64,000 bases of DNA. It comes from a virus. Lineage: Duplodnaviria > Caudoviricetes. A program made the position numbers and the translations under genes. Each line of letters opens with the position of its first letter. Within the stretch, counting starts at the first letter, position 1. The DNA lies in IMG/VR virus record IMGVR_UViG_3300005326_000040, positions 128,001 through 192,000 of that record; one strand, given 5' to 3'. The notes below the pieces were generated by a model that made no database searches, was not told where the DNA came from, and saw only the letters and a list, made by a program, of their open reading frames with translations. Below, one piece after another: positions 43,994 to 54,029 of this stretch.

Positions 43994-44055
43994 ATTTTAT
44001 CAAGCAATGAATATCGGTGGATAAAAAAGAACACTAAACAATAGGAGAACAAGAA

Positions 44056-44268
44056 GTGCCCTGGAAGACAATTGATGAGGAGCGACGGAAGGAAGTAATT
44101 TCTATATTGCGCGCAAATATGGAAAAGCAATTACAAAAGATATCTTACTTAATGTCGCAACCTTACCCGTCGTTACATAAAATGGAAAAAGAAAAAGCTC
44201 AAGGTCTTTTAGAGGCTTATAAAGAAGCAATTGATACTCTTTCAGAGAATGTTTCGGTATCATCTTAG
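44056..44268 (+). CDS. Hypothetical protein
   Basis: AGGAG SD; GTG start. Confidence 0.5.
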   Translation: MPWKTIDEERRKEVISILRANMEKQLQKISYLMSQPYPSLHKMEKEKAQGLLEAYKEAIDTLSENVSVSS

Positions 44269-44396
44269 GAGGTTAGACCATGATGACCTTACAGTATTGG
44301 CTCAAGAAAATTGCGTGTATTTGTGTCTTTTTTGTTTGTGGTTTTATTTGTGGAGAATTCGATTTTTGTAAGGATGATTTGCCCGGAGAATGCTAG

Positions 44397-44798
44397 ATGA
44401 CAAAGCCGTCTATTGCTTGTAGCCCCCTACAAAATGGGACATATAGGTTTGCGTCAAAACCTTACAAGTATCTAGCGCATAATAGTAAAGGGTTTTTTAA
44501 TGAACATTTAGCTTCAACGATAAGTATTGAATCAAAACAAATGTTTATTGCAAGAATAGACGATAATTTAATGCGCACTATTATTAGCGTTGCTAATCGT
44601 TACGGCAGCCCTATACGTTACAATATTGATATTGTAGATAATGTTGCTTTCAAATCTTTTAGGGACGAGAATAATTGGATAGAAGTTGCAATTGCTTTAG
44701 AACATTTTTGTGCTCAAATAGAATGTCAACGAAAGCAAATGGAGATTTTCTGCAAAGAAATATCAGAACGCAATATGCAGAAAAAATATCAATGGTGA
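44397..44798 (+). CDS. Hypothetical protein
   Basis: ORF in string. Confidence 0.55.
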   Translation: MTKPSIACSPLQNGTYRFASKPYKYLAHNSKGFFNEHLASTISIESKQMFIARIDDNLMRTIISVANRYGSPIRYNIDIVDNVAFKSFRDENNWIEVAIALEHFCAQIECQRKQMEIFCKEISERNMQKKYQW

Positions 44799-44807
44799 TA
44801 ATCAATA

Positions 44808-44957
44808 ATGGATTTTTCTGATTTCAAAAACAAGGAAGATGAAATAGAAATCAACGTCATTGATGTTGATTTTAATCTTGCGAAAGACCTCGAACAAATA
44901 ATCAAAGAAATTTATGCGGGGCTTCAAGTTCCAGAAGAATATCTTACAAAGGATTAA
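44808..44957 (+). CDS. 49-aa hypothetical protein missed by ORF track
   Basis: MDFSDFKNKEDEIEINVIDVDFNLAKDLEQIIKEIYAGLQVPEEYLTKD; stop abuts next ATG. Confidence 0.5.
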   Translation: MDFSDFKNKEDEIEINVIDVDFNLAKDLEQIIKEIYAGLQVPEEYLTKD

Positions 44958-45401
44958 ATGAAAAACATAGGAGATATTGCAGATTCTTTATCGCAGATTG
45001 CGAATATTCTTTATCAATATCCGAGACTTCTGAAAGAGATTGAGAGTCTGCGGGGGCAAGTTAAATTGATGAGGAATCTTCTTGCGCTTTATGATTTGAA
45101 AAAGATTTACCCGCATGATGTTGAGCTTACCAAAACGATAGAATCATATCATAAGCAATATTGCAATAGAGTACTAGGGCAAACACCTGGATACTTACTG
45201 CCTCCTGGGTTTGGTTTGACAGAAGAAGAGTTTCTTAAGATTGCTAAACGGAATGTTTCTGAAAAGTCTTTTTTCTTACTTCAGGAATTTGCTGCAAAAA
45301 AGAAGAAAACACTCCCAGAAGCATTTGACGAAATGAAATCTGAAGAAATAACAATGGTCGATACGCCTAACGCTCGTAGGAAAACAGAGGATGGAAAATA
45401 G
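44958..45401 (+). CDS. Hypothetical protein
   Basis: ORF in string. Confidence 0.6.
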   Translation: MKNIGDIADSLSQIANILYQYPRLLKEIESLRGQVKLMRNLLALYDLKKIYPHDVELTKTIESYHKQYCNRVLGQTPGYLLPPGFGLTEEEFLKIAKRNVSEKSFFLLQEFAAKKKKTLPEAFDEMKSEEITMVDTPNARRKTEDGK

Positions 45402-45615
45402 AATTACGCCCTGGTTAGTAAAGCTAATTCAATCTATTCCTTTTTTCCAACCAAAAGATAAGCTACAGCCAATCGATACCAATTCCCGATTGGCGCAGAT
45501 GTGTAAAGATATCCCTCCTGTAATCCCTGGGAAAATTTATTCTATTGATGATTTGAACAAAGCTTTAGAACATTTGAACGATTGTCCTTTTACTGAAAAA
45601 AATAAAAATGAATGA
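45391..45615 (+). CDS. Hypothetical protein
   Basis: ORF overlapping neighbours. Confidence 0.5.
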   Translation: MENRITPWLVKLIQSIPFFQPKDKLQPIDTNSRLAQMCKDIPPVIPGKIYSIDDLNKALEHLNDCPFTEKNKNE

Positions 45616-45892
45616 CATCGAGAAGAAGTTGTGCCCGACTTGTAATGGTAGCGGGGAAGGACAGGTAGCTGGCAAGTGGTGTAATCATTGTTGTGGTAAA
45701 GGGTATGAGTTGTCAGGGGAAATGAAGACGGTTCAAGTAGAATTTATGGATGGGACCATCTTGATGCCCGCCCCTGTAGAATTGACCGAGGAAGAAGCAG
45801 TAACTATTATCCAAGCAAGCCTGAAAAGCCTTGTAGAGAACTTCTTGCCACCCGAAGAGATTAGAAATTTTAAGAAGTTTGAAAGCAACTAA
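45608..45892 (+). CDS. DnaJ-type CxxCxGxG zinc-finger protein
   Basis: CPTCNGSG and CNHCCGKG. Confidence 0.7.
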   Translation: MNDIEKKLCPTCNGSGEGQVAGKWCNHCCGKGYELSGEMKTVQVEFMDGTILMPAPVELTEEEAVTIIQASLKSLVENFLPPEEIRNFKKFESN

Positions 45893-45894
45893 GC

Positions 45895-46260
45895 GTGGAA
45901 AAATATGCTTATCATTTGACTTATATTCACAGGTTACCTTCAATAGCAAAAATTGGGCTTGTTCCTGGCAATACTCTTGGTCTAGATGGCAAATGGGATG
46001 TCGTTTGGTTTTGTGATAATTATTTTGACTATGAAGTCGTTGACGCACAAAGAGATGTTAAAATAAGATTTCCGTGGCCCTCTGGTGAAATACAAAAACA
46101 TAGCATAAGTGATTTTGGTTCAACAAGAATAGAGTATTCTGTTGAAGGAATCATCCCAGCTAATAATATTGAAGTCTTGATAGGGTCCCGTTGGGTTAAT
46201 TTAATTGATGTTATTTTGTTTATAGAGAATTACAAAAATCCAATTATTCCAGATTATTAA
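45895..46260 (+). CDS. Putative ADP-ribosyltransferase-fold protein
   Basis: YHLT...LPSIAKIGLVP...VVWF...IIPANNI pattern of H-type ART/Tpt1-like folds. Confidence 0.5.
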   Translation: MEKYAYHLTYIHRLPSIAKIGLVPGNTLGLDGKWDVVWFCDNYFDYEVVDAQRDVKIRFPWPSGEIQKHSISDFGSTRIEYSVEGIIPANNIEVLIGSRWVNLIDVILFIENYKNPIIPDY

Positions 46261-46445
46261 TGAGTGGCCAAATTATTACAATGAGAACGCTGAAGTACGC
46301 AGCGAGAAATCATCCTGAGAATCTTAGGAGACTGGCCTGCGCTCTGCATTTGAATATTGACGGAATGGGAAACATGCAAGTTGCAAAACTCATTTGGTGG
46401 CGTCTAAGGAAACTAAATCGCCCTGAGTTTTGTAATTGGGGATAG
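46260..46445 (+). CDS. Hypothetical protein
   Basis: Short ORF; TAATG overlap. Confidence 0.5.
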   Translation: MSGQIITMRTLKYAARNHPENLRRLACALHLNIDGMGNMQVAKLIWWRLRKLNRPEFCNWG

Positions 46446-46480
46446 TTGGAGCTATTCTAAGAATAATTGCTCATTTTTAT

Positions 46481-48043
46481 ATGAGCAAACCTAAAGGCAT
46501 TTTTACATCTAAATATTCTCAATATAAATATGGTGTTGGGCAAAGCGTTGATGAATTTATTGTTCCCAATCTTGATGCCGTTTCGTATTTGCCCGATGGC
46601 GGATTAAATGATGGTTGGACAATTTATGTTCAATCTATTAGAGCTTCATTCAAATTAGTTAAAGCCAGTACATTAACAGTAGATAACATCTCAGTGATGG
46701 CTACTAAAAGTGGTCTTGGCCGATGGCTTCGCGACACTAGTGAAATTGACCCTGTTTGGAAAGCTCAGCCTAACTGGTATGTTCATCCCACAAATGGTTC
46801 GGACGAAGCAACTGGAGCAGATGCAGACCATCCAATAAAAACTTTCAAAGAATGGTATCGTAGAACTGGCGGCACTGTGGAAGGTTTGACTATGACGCTT
46901 AATGTTATGACAAACATTCCATTAACGGATTCCTTCCCGTGCGTAGTTTCCATTAGAGAATATGGGAAGCTGCGCGTTGTTGGAACCAAAACAATTGCAG
47001 AGACTGGACAATTGTTAGGTTATACAGCACACAATTTTGCTAGCAATGCTAGTGCTCAAATATCGAAAAGCTCAGGTAACTGGGCAGCCCACGTCGGCAA
47101 ACTTGTACACATTGTTGAAAAAAATCTTTGGGTAAGAATTATAAAAGATCTTAACAATGGGTCTGCGACCGTTACCGTTCCTTATGGAATGACTAATGAA
47201 TATTCATCTGCCTATCTCAACTTTGTAGCAGGAACACCAGAGGCTGGCGATACTTATATTGTTTATGATTTGCCAACATTACCAATGTTAGTCGGTCTTG
47301 AAATACATGGTGATCAGAAGCGAGCAGCCACTGAAACTGAAACGTCTTTTGCAATGAAAGATGTCAGAATAACAACAGAAGCACCCACTGCTCAATTTAA
47401 AATGAGCAACACCACCATGTATACTGTTATGCTAAATCGGGTGGACATTCCAGGTGCCCAGTTTAATGGCTCAATATATTTCGCGTTTTGTCGTTCAGGA
47501 TATACTTCTTCGCCGTATATGACTGCTTGGGCAGACACCGCAATGACAACGTATTTGCGATGTCATTTACATACCGGCGGATATTTAACAACAATGGGCT
47601 CAAGTTATACATCGCAAGTTGTGTTGTGGGGAGTTGTTATTAGCGGAGGTTATCTTTGGGTAAGCGGTGGAACTAGCATAAGCGATAGTCTTGGTATGTT
47701 TGATGCTGCCAGTCCAATACGAATAGTGCATTCTGCTATATTAAATGTTTCATCAAACACATATGTTTATGGCAGCAACAATACGGGAACCGCAGTACAA
47801 GTTGAAGGTAAACTGACTGTGGCAGCAGCTAACATATCTAAGATAACAATTACGACCAACACTTCCGACGAACTACGAATTGGTGGTTCCGTAAATCTAT
47901 TGCCAGATATTACCGCATCTGCTGGCGCAGTTCTTCCGGCCGTTTCCGCTTGTGATACTTGGGCTAAATTGGCGGCTGCGCCATTCAATGGAAAAGCATT
48001 CAATTATTCCAACGGGGCATATATCGGCCCTAGCTTGCTCTAA
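46481..48043 (+). CDS. Beta-rich tail-spike/fibre-like protein
   Basis: WYVHPTNGSDEATG...PIKTF motif typical of beta-helix proteins; Gly/Ser/Thr/Ala-rich beta repeats. Confidence 0.55.
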   Translation: MSKPKGIFTSKYSQYKYGVGQSVDEFIVPNLDAVSYLPDGGLNDGWTIYVQSIRASFKLVKASTLTVDNISVMATKSGLGRWLRDTSEIDPVWKAQPNWYVHPTNGSDEATGADADHPIKTFKEWYRRTGGTVEGLTMTLNVMTNIPLTDSFPCVVSIREYGKLRVVGTKTIAETGQLLGYTAHNFASNASAQISKSSGNWAAHVGKLVHIVEKNLWVRIIKDLNNGSATVTVPYGMTNEYSSAYLNFVAGTPEAGDTYIVYDLPTLPMLVGLEIHGDQKRAATETETSFAMKDVRITTEAPTAQFKMSNTTMYTVMLNRVDIPGAQFNGSIYFAFCRSGYTSSPYMTAWADTAMTTYLRCHLHTGGYLTTMGSSYTSQVVLWGVVISGGYLWVSGGTSISDSLGMFDAASPIRIVHSAILNVSSNTYVYGSNNTGTAVQVEGKLTVAAANISKITITTNTSDELRIGGSVNLLPDITASAGAVLPAVSACDTWAKLAAAPFNGKAFNYSNGAYIGPSLL

Positions 48044-48064
48044 AAAAACAAAAGGAAAGTCATC

Positions 48065-48316
48065 ATGAGAACGACAACTTCTGAATGGTTTATTGACCTA
48101 CACGCAGAAGGCAGAGAAGATGTTTTGCATCTCTTGCACGAAGCAAGACAAACTCTTACGGATACTAAGTCTCATTCATCTGATAGTGTTAGTCTTCTCG
48201 CAAAGTTTATTTCCCATCTAGAAGAAGATCACGAAGAAGCAAAGCGACGAGAAGCGTTTGGGTACGTGCAGAAGCTTAGGAAGTCAGTGTCACGTTTTAT
48301 TGGCAAGAAGATGTAA
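48065..48316 (+). CDS. Hypothetical protein
   Basis: AAGGA SD; ORF in string. Confidence 0.55.
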   Translation: MRTTTSEWFIDLHAEGREDVLHLLHEARQTLTDTKSHSSDSVSLLAKFISHLEEDHEEAKRREAFGYVQKLRKSVSRFIGKKM

Positions 48317-48345
48317 AACAACTGTCTCTTAAAGGAGAATGAAAT

Positions 48346-48945
48346 ATGCTTTCAGTTCTTGCATATGTTGCTCTTGCGTTTTTCTTTATTGTTATGTATG
48401 GGTCTATCGGCAATATTATGTCGAGGCTTTATCAAAATGCTATTTTGCGCCTCGCTAATAATAAGCGCGGACTATTTACGTTTATTATGTTTCCACAGAA
48501 AACATTGTTTGTATCTCACAATGATATTTTGAAGGATATTAGAAACAATAGCTGTGGGCCAGAAGTTTTCAATGAATTTCCAGCTGTTTGCGCTGATGAC
48601 GTTAAGGTAAATAATAGCAGTGGATTGCGATCTTATGAAGTGATTGGCAGATATGATCGAAAAGATGTTGATGATTATTGGACAAAACATCGAATCACTA
48701 TGTCTTTTCTTTGGCCCGCCCGTTTTCTTATCAGCTTTCTTCAATTGCTAACATTTAGTGTAATCTTCCCGGTATTCATTTTGTATTATATCTTCAAAGG
48801 CATTGAAAAACTAATGAACAATCACGAGTATATTGCTGCTCGTATCAAGTATTTGTTTTCTCGCTCTATTAAAGATGGGGTAGATCCTAATTCACACCCT
48901 TATAGAAACAAGAATGTAGCCGTAGCCTCCAGCGAAAAACAATAA
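48346..48945 (+). CDS. Membrane protein
   Basis: AAGGAG SD; two or more hydrophobic segments. Confidence 0.65.
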   Translation: MLSVLAYVALAFFFIVMYGSIGNIMSRLYQNAILRLANNKRGLFTFIMFPQKTLFVSHNDILKDIRNNSCGPEVFNEFPAVCADDVKVNNSSGLRSYEVIGRYDRKDVDDYWTKHRITMSFLWPARFLISFLQLLTFSVIFPVFILYYIFKGIEKLMNNHEYIAARIKYLFSRSIKDGVDPNSHPYRNKNVAVASSEKQ

Positions 48946-48947
48946 AC

Positions 48948-49211
48948 ATGCGCTATATAATCCTCGTGATTTTTCTTCTGATCCAAACCGGCTGTTATTT
49001 TCCTTTTTCCGCGTTTCTAAAAGAACGGGAACAATGTGCAGATACAGCTACACCAAAACGAGCAGTTGAGCCGTTCGACAGCTATTGTCCTCATTCAAAT
49101 CATGTTGTAGCCAAGGAAGAGGATGGCGTTGTCTTTTGTAAGTGCTTGACCTCAAACAGTAAAAACGCAGCAATGGTTGGTTTAGAAGAGTTTCAACCCG
49201 AACCGATTTGA
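48948..49211 (+). CDS. Probable lipoprotein
   Basis: Signal peptide ending QTGC. Confidence 0.55.
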   Translation: MRYIILVIFLLIQTGCYFPFSAFLKEREQCADTATPKRAVEPFDSYCPHSNHVVAKEEDGVVFCKCLTSNSKNAAMVGLEEFQPEPI

Positions 49212-49236
49212 CAATACCCGATGTCTCGTGTATCGT
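49208..49236 (+). promoter_or_regulatory. Sigma70-like promoter
   Basis: TTGACA-17-TATCGT. Confidence 0.6.
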
Positions 49237-49403
49237 GGCTTCACGATGGACGTTTGGTCATCCTACTATATGCGTCTATGTGCTAGAATGTGTGCGTCAA
49301 AATCTAGGTTTGAAAGGAGATTTTAGAATCATATTATTCGCCATATTAATTAACCATAATTAACTTGAACATTTAATAAAGTGGGGGAAGAGGATCCGCT
49401 AAC

Positions 49404-50897
49404 ATGACAACTCTGCCGACTATGAATATCCAAAAGCCTAATTGGAAACCCACCAAGATGAAGGATTACGTAGCCTGCGCTTTGGCTATCGCTGATAATC
49501 GTCCTTTGAATGGTAAAGATATCCTTGCTGTGGTAAAGGGGTTGGGCTTTAATGGCAATGCCAAAGCGTACCAAATTGTTCAGTCCGCAATTCGTCTTGA
49601 CGCTCCTGAGTTGAAGGCCGTATTTGAAACAGCTGGGGTGGGACCTAATAGGACCGTACGTCTTCGTGATGATTTCTTTCGCAAGTATGGAAAGCTTTTG
49701 ATCGAGCGGGCGGTAGCAAGCATGAGTAACAAGCCGCTTCCAAAGAAGCCAAGTGAACAAATTGCATTGAAGTTCCCTGTAGATCAAGCTAAGCCCGAAG
49801 TGATTGAGCCGAAAAAAACCAGGGTGAATTCAGAACCTATTGGGAAAAGAATTGATAAGTCGGGGCATGTATATACGCGCCCTAGTGATGACGAGCTTGT
49901 TCAGAAGCTTGTAACAGTGCTTGATGTTCCGCCTACAATCGCGATGTGGGCGAAGAACAACTATCGCTTGCGTGATGATATTCTTGCCAAGAAGGTCAGG
50001 GTACATTCAGTTGCCGAAAGACTTATCAAAGTAGCACAAGAAGAAAAGGACAAGGGCAACAACGTACCTTTCAATTGGCTTAAAGATTTCGAGAAGTGGA
50101 CTCCTAGCAAGGGCCATTCGCTTAACGAGATCGGCCGCAGAAATCGATTCCAGCTTTTGTTGGACATGGTTGTTCCTCGCGCGCAATTGAAAATCGTTAC
50201 AGGAAAAGCCAAGTTCACAGCACCGAAGCGCAATGTTAAGTTGACGCTTGCTGTTCCTGAAGGTCACAAGATTGCGCCGACCGTTGCGGAAACGGCTGTT
50301 GTTGTTGCGGCTCGGGTACCGCAAACGCCAGAAATTGCAACGGTGATTCCAACTGTTGAGAAACAGACTACGCGAATGGCTGCTCCTCCCGCGCTTGACG
50401 TGACCAAGCCGAGCAATATCTGGATGCTATCTGATCGCGAAGCTTTCCGTAGCGTGAGCCGTGCTGCGCCTCCAGTAATTTCTTCGTTCGTGTACTGCGC
50501 CATTCGTGACGAGCCTCATGCTATTCTTGTCAACAAAGATAAGATTGACGCAATTTGCCGAAAGTTCGTATCTTTCATCGAGGCAACAGATCGAGAACAG
50601 TTCATCACTTACTGGCTTCCTCAGGTAAAGCTGTTCCCGGCCAAGGTTAGCAACAACAAATACGAAGAACTGTACAATACATTGATCACGTTTGCTCGTG
50701 GGCACTATAAGATTCCATCCAATTCAGCAACGGCATCAGCCGCTTTCGTTCAAGCAATCAATTCTATCCAGGAATTGAGCAAGTTCAAGGATGGCGTTTC
50801 TGTAACGCTTGCAGTAGTCAGTGACAAGACGGTTATTCCTGTGATGACCGGCACCGTACAGGATTCAAAGTTCGTCCAGACCAAGGCGAAGAAGTAA
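49404..50897 (+). CDS. Large protein with N-terminal HARE-HTH-like domain
   Basis: KMKDYVACALAIADNRPLNGKDILAVVKGLGF...IVQSAIR...VFE. Confidence 0.65.
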   Translation: MTTLPTMNIQKPNWKPTKMKDYVACALAIADNRPLNGKDILAVVKGLGFNGNAKAYQIVQSAIRLDAPELKAVFETAGVGPNRTVRLRDDFFRKYGKLLIERAVASMSNKPLPKKPSEQIALKFPVDQAKPEVIEPKKTRVNSEPIGKRIDKSGHVYTRPSDDELVQKLVTVLDVPPTIAMWAKNNYRLRDDILAKKVRVHSVAERLIKVAQEEKDKGNNVPFNWLKDFEKWTPSKGHSLNEIGRRNRFQLLLDMVVPRAQLKIVTGKAKFTAPKRNVKLTLAVPEGHKIAPTVAETAVVVAARVPQTPEIATVIPTVEKQTTRMAAPPALDVTKPSNIWMLSDREAFRSVSRAAPPVISSFVYCAIRDEPHAILVNKDKIDAICRKFVSFIEATDREQFITYWLPQVKLFPAKVSNNKYEELYNTLITFARGHYKIPSNSATASAAFVQAINSIQELSKFKDGVSVTLAVVSDKTVIPVMTGTVQDSKFVQTKAKK

Positions 50898-50978
50898 TAC
50901 TTCTACTCCTGCGTTCCCTCCCCGTCTGACGCTTCCTTAGCTTATCCTCTTTATTTCACAACCAACTCAACTCATATC

Positions 50979-51344
50979 ATGTCTAAATCAAAGGGAAGAA
51001 GTTCTCTTCAGAAAAGGTGTTTAAAGATAAAGATCGCCAAGGGTCGCACACAAGTTCGCTGCTGTTTTTGTCGTAAACCCATTCCAATTGACAATGCCAC
51101 GTTGGAGCATGTTCTACCTCTCGCTTTCGGTGGCTCATGGAATGAACGCAACCTGACACTATCTTGCAGAGAATGTAATGCGGACAGAGGCGTAGCTGAT
51201 TTTGAATTGTATCGGGCATGGCGTAGAGGCTATACTTTTCAGCGCCCGCCAACAACATTGGAAGACTTATCGAATGAATTTGGTATTGAACGTTTAGAAC
51301 CGCACAATCAGGATAAAGCACAAAATGGCAACTACATCTTCTGA
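50979..51344 (+). CDS. HNH endonuclease
   Basis: CCFC...TLEHVLPLAFGG...NLTLSCRECN. Confidence 0.88.
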   Translation: MSKSKGRSSLQKRCLKIKIAKGRTQVRCCFCRKPIPIDNATLEHVLPLAFGGSWNERNLTLSCRECNADRGVADFELYRAWRRGYTFQRPPTTLEDLSNEFGIERLEPHNQDKAQNGNYIF

Positions 51345-51837
51345 TACCAACACCACTTCTACGGCCCCCAAGAAGAACCGTCGTGTCGTTACGCCGAAGG
51401 CTCAGCAGCAAGTATCTGCCGCTCCTGCTCCTCAGCTTGATGCTGTTGTGGAAGCGTTGAAGGGGCTTGATAAGGATGCTTTACAGAAGGTATTCTCATC
51501 CTTGGGTGCTCAGGCTCCTGCTGCTTCCAAGCCTGCCGTATCCACCGACCTTCATGGACCGGCAATTTATGTTGGCTACCAGCCTGTTTCGACTGAAGAG
51601 ATTGCGTCTTCTCCCGATGGCTCCATGCGATTGATGAAGGAATCATGGAAGTATACTCCTCGTGATGCCAAGGAAGTGGATGGCAAGAAGGAAGAAAAGG
51701 TTTCGGTCAAGATGTCTGTGAGAGGAGTATTCCGAAAACAGGATAACAAATTGTATTTTGCGCAGCCGATGGCAAATATTCACTTGGACCAGTGGGCCAA
51801 GTTTGTTGAATTGATTACGGCGTTCAAGGCCCAATAG
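51325..51837 (+). CDS. Ala/Pro-rich protein with possible PC4-like ssDNA-binding C-terminus
   Basis: VKMSVRGVF...NIHLDQWAKFVELI resembles the PC4 C-terminal helix. Confidence 0.55.
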   Translation: MATTSSDTNTTSTAPKKNRRVVTPKAQQQVSAAPAPQLDAVVEALKGLDKDALQKVFSSLGAQAPAASKPAVSTDLHGPAIYVGYQPVSTEEIASSPDGSMRLMKESWKYTPRDAKEVDGKKEEKVSVKMSVRGVFRKQDNKLYFAQPMANIHLDQWAKFVELITAFKAQ

Positions 51838-51858
51838 CATTTAGACCCAAATCAAATC

Positions 51859-51895
51859 GAGGGCGGTTTGGAATAATCCAAGCCGCCTTCTTTTT
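51859..51895 (+). terminator. Intrinsic terminator
   Basis: GAGGGCGGTTTGGA-ATAA-TCCAAGCCGCCTTC-TTTTT. Confidence 0.85.
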
Positions 51896-51921
51896 GACAA
51901 TTCAAAATCCTCATGTATAGT
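51894..51921 (+). promoter_or_regulatory. Sigma70-like promoter overlapping the terminator U-tract
   Basis: TTGACA-16-TATAGT. Confidence 0.7.
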
Positions 51922-51956
51922 ACATCCGTCAACACTCGACGCTTGAGGATTTAATT

Positions 51957-52532
51957 ATGGCGAAAAAGATCATAGTAAAACGTCTTTATGTGCGTTCATA
52001 TTATTATGACGGCTTCAAGGTTTCATTTCGAAGCGGTAATGTATGCGGTTTACTATGTGAGCCAAAGACTTTAGAACCAAGCATTGAAGGTTATGATAAA
52101 GTAGAATTAGTAATTTACAAGCTAAACGATAAAACTGGCGTTTATGAATCATCTCTTTTAGGAGATGTTATCAACGACCCAGAGATCGATAGGAAACATA
52201 CTTATAGATCAAGTTTTGATAATCACAAGGTTCTCCCATACGTTAATCAGGACCTTCTTCGTGAATTGGGGGGAATTGTGAGAAGCAAATTCAAACAAAC
52301 GCAAGAGTCAACGGATGAAACAATAGATGTTCCTGAAACTGTAGAGGACAGATGTTACAACGCTCGATGTAGGGCTTGTAATGACGTGGACCCATACGGA
52401 TTTATTGAACCCGATGGCGTCGTAGATGATGGGAATTATACTTGCTGGGAGTGTTCTCGACATCCATTCAGATGGTCGAGAGGTTTAAAAACAGAGGAAC
52501 ATCGAACGGCTTTTTCAAAGAAATACAAATAG
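51957..52532 (+). CDS. Hypothetical protein with C-terminal zinc ribbon
   Basis: CRAC...CWEC. Confidence 0.65.
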   Translation: MAKKIIVKRLYVRSYYYDGFKVSFRSGNVCGLLCEPKTLEPSIEGYDKVELVIYKLNDKTGVYESSLLGDVINDPEIDRKHTYRSSFDNHKVLPYVNQDLLRELGGIVRSKFKQTQESTDETIDVPETVEDRCYNARCRACNDVDPYGFIEPDGVVDDGNYTCWECSRHPFRWSRGLKTEEHRTAFSKKYK

Positions 52533-52551
52533 CTTATTCTTCTAAGGTTAC

Positions 52552-53184
52552 TTATTCGAGAGCATCTTCATCAGAAGAGTCAACAAGACCGTCAGTTAGA
52601 TGAGGATAATCTTTTTGCCATTTTGCTTTTAGTTCTTTTGCGCGAGCTAAATCATAATAAGGGCCGCGATTTTTCCCAATGCTATGACGCCCAGTTAGTC
52701 TATTTATCTCTGGCTCTTCATAATTTTGTAATGGATTTTTTCTGAATTCATTCATCTGCATGATTTCAGATAAAGTTGGAACATTTAGTTTTTCACAAAT
52801 CCAATCAACAACCATTTTAGAAATATAAGACTGTACATTTTCGCCGGTTAATGCTTTGTGTACGGATTCAAGTTGATCGGAGTCTAAACCAATTACGTCT
52901 AAGAATCTTAGAAGTTCATCAGGAGATTCGCTGTCTTCTGGTAGATCCTCTAAAATGTAATGAAAACTATCTTCTTCAGCATTGGCTCGCTCCCAGATTT
53001 TATCATAAATTTCTTCAACATAATTCTTGGGTTCATCACCAGCTTGTTCATCAACTTCTAGAGGTACATCAGCAGGCACATCAATAATATCGTCAGCAGC
53101 TTCGGCGCCTTCAAATAAAGAATCTTTTTCTTCGGCAAATTTCTTAAACATCTTCGCCGCTGTAACTAAAGCTTTAGTATCCAT
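52552..53184 (-). CDS. Acidic hypothetical protein with MD..F.KFA N-terminus
   Basis: MDTKALVTAAKMFKKFAEE; minus strand. Confidence 0.7.
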   Translation of the reverse strand: MDTKALVTAAKMFKKFAEEKDSLFEGAEAADDIIDVPADVPLEVDEQAGDEPKNYVEEIYDKIWERANAEEDSFHYILEDLPEDSESPDELLRFLDVIGLDSDQLESVHKALTGENVQSYISKMVVDWICEKLNVPTLSEIMQMNEFRKNPLQNYEEPEINRLTGRHSIGKNRGPYYDLARAKELKAKWQKDYPHLTDGLVDSSDEDALE

Positions 53185-53505
53185 AATATCAATGTTTCAA
53201 TATTCCTTGGTTAGTAAGTTCTATTTGAAATAGATTTGCTGGCGGGGGAAGAAACTTATAGAGGGAATATGATCGACCTAGCTTATATTGAAAGCAGGTG
53301 CAAAACACTTCATTTAAAATTGCCAGCTTTGGCACAATTGAAAGCAGCACAGCTAAAAAACGACAAGGAAAGCGTAGAAAGGATAGCAAAGAATATCCTC
53401 AGCTTCTTATCTGAAAGAAGTAGCAAACCTGGAAATACTAGATAATATATCTTATGTTGCCGTTACTTGACAGCTTCAAAAATTTTGATATCATAAGAGG
53501 GATAT

Positions 53506-53712
53506 ATGTCTGACCAGGAAATCTGCGTTGAAAACAAATCTGACGAAGTTGCTATTGCTGAAAGGCTCCGCGTAAAGATGGGGCCATTCGTGTGCTTCTG
53601 GTATGGGGGGAACCTTACAGTTGCTACGGATCTAAATACGACTGACAACCTAGTAGTTTTTCCCAAATCATCCGCACGCATTATTGTGAAGACATCAAGA
53701 CGACACAAATAG
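53506..53712 (+). CDS. Hypothetical protein
   Basis: GAGG SD; short ORF. Confidence 0.45.
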   Translation: MSDQEICVENKSDEVAIAERLRVKMGPFVCFWYGGNLTVATDLNTTDNLVVFPKSSARIIVKTSRRHK

Positions 53713-53744
53713 ATTATACACGATCTTTTCAGTAAGCGGGAAAA

Positions 53745-53963
53745 GTGGAAAACATGGTTGAAAGCGTAAAAAATAATTTGCTTGAAAAGGAAATCGACCC
53801 GCAGGACGCAGAATTTTTGCGTAAGATTATCTTAAAATTGTACAACAACAGGAAAAAACTAGATGCGAGCCAGAGACTTACAGCGGTTAATCTTGTTCTC
53901 AAGCTAGCCATCACACGAGACGCCGCTCAACTCGTTATCCCTCCCATGGATAATCTCGAATAG
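53745..53963 (+). CDS. Hypothetical protein
   Basis: Short ORF before terminator. Confidence 0.5.
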   Translation: MENMVESVKNNLLEKEIDPQDAEFLRKIILKLYNNRKKLDASQRLTAVNLVLKLAITRDAAQLVIPPMDNLE

Positions 53964-53991
53964 TTTTCATTCCCAACAAACGAACCGTAAG

Positions 53992-54029
53992 AGGCGGGGC
54001 GGTCACCAGACTGCCCCGCTTTCTTTTTC
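53992..54029 (+). terminator. Intrinsic terminator
   Basis: GGCGGGGCGGTC-ACCA-GACTGCCCCGCT-TTCTTTTT. Confidence 0.85.
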
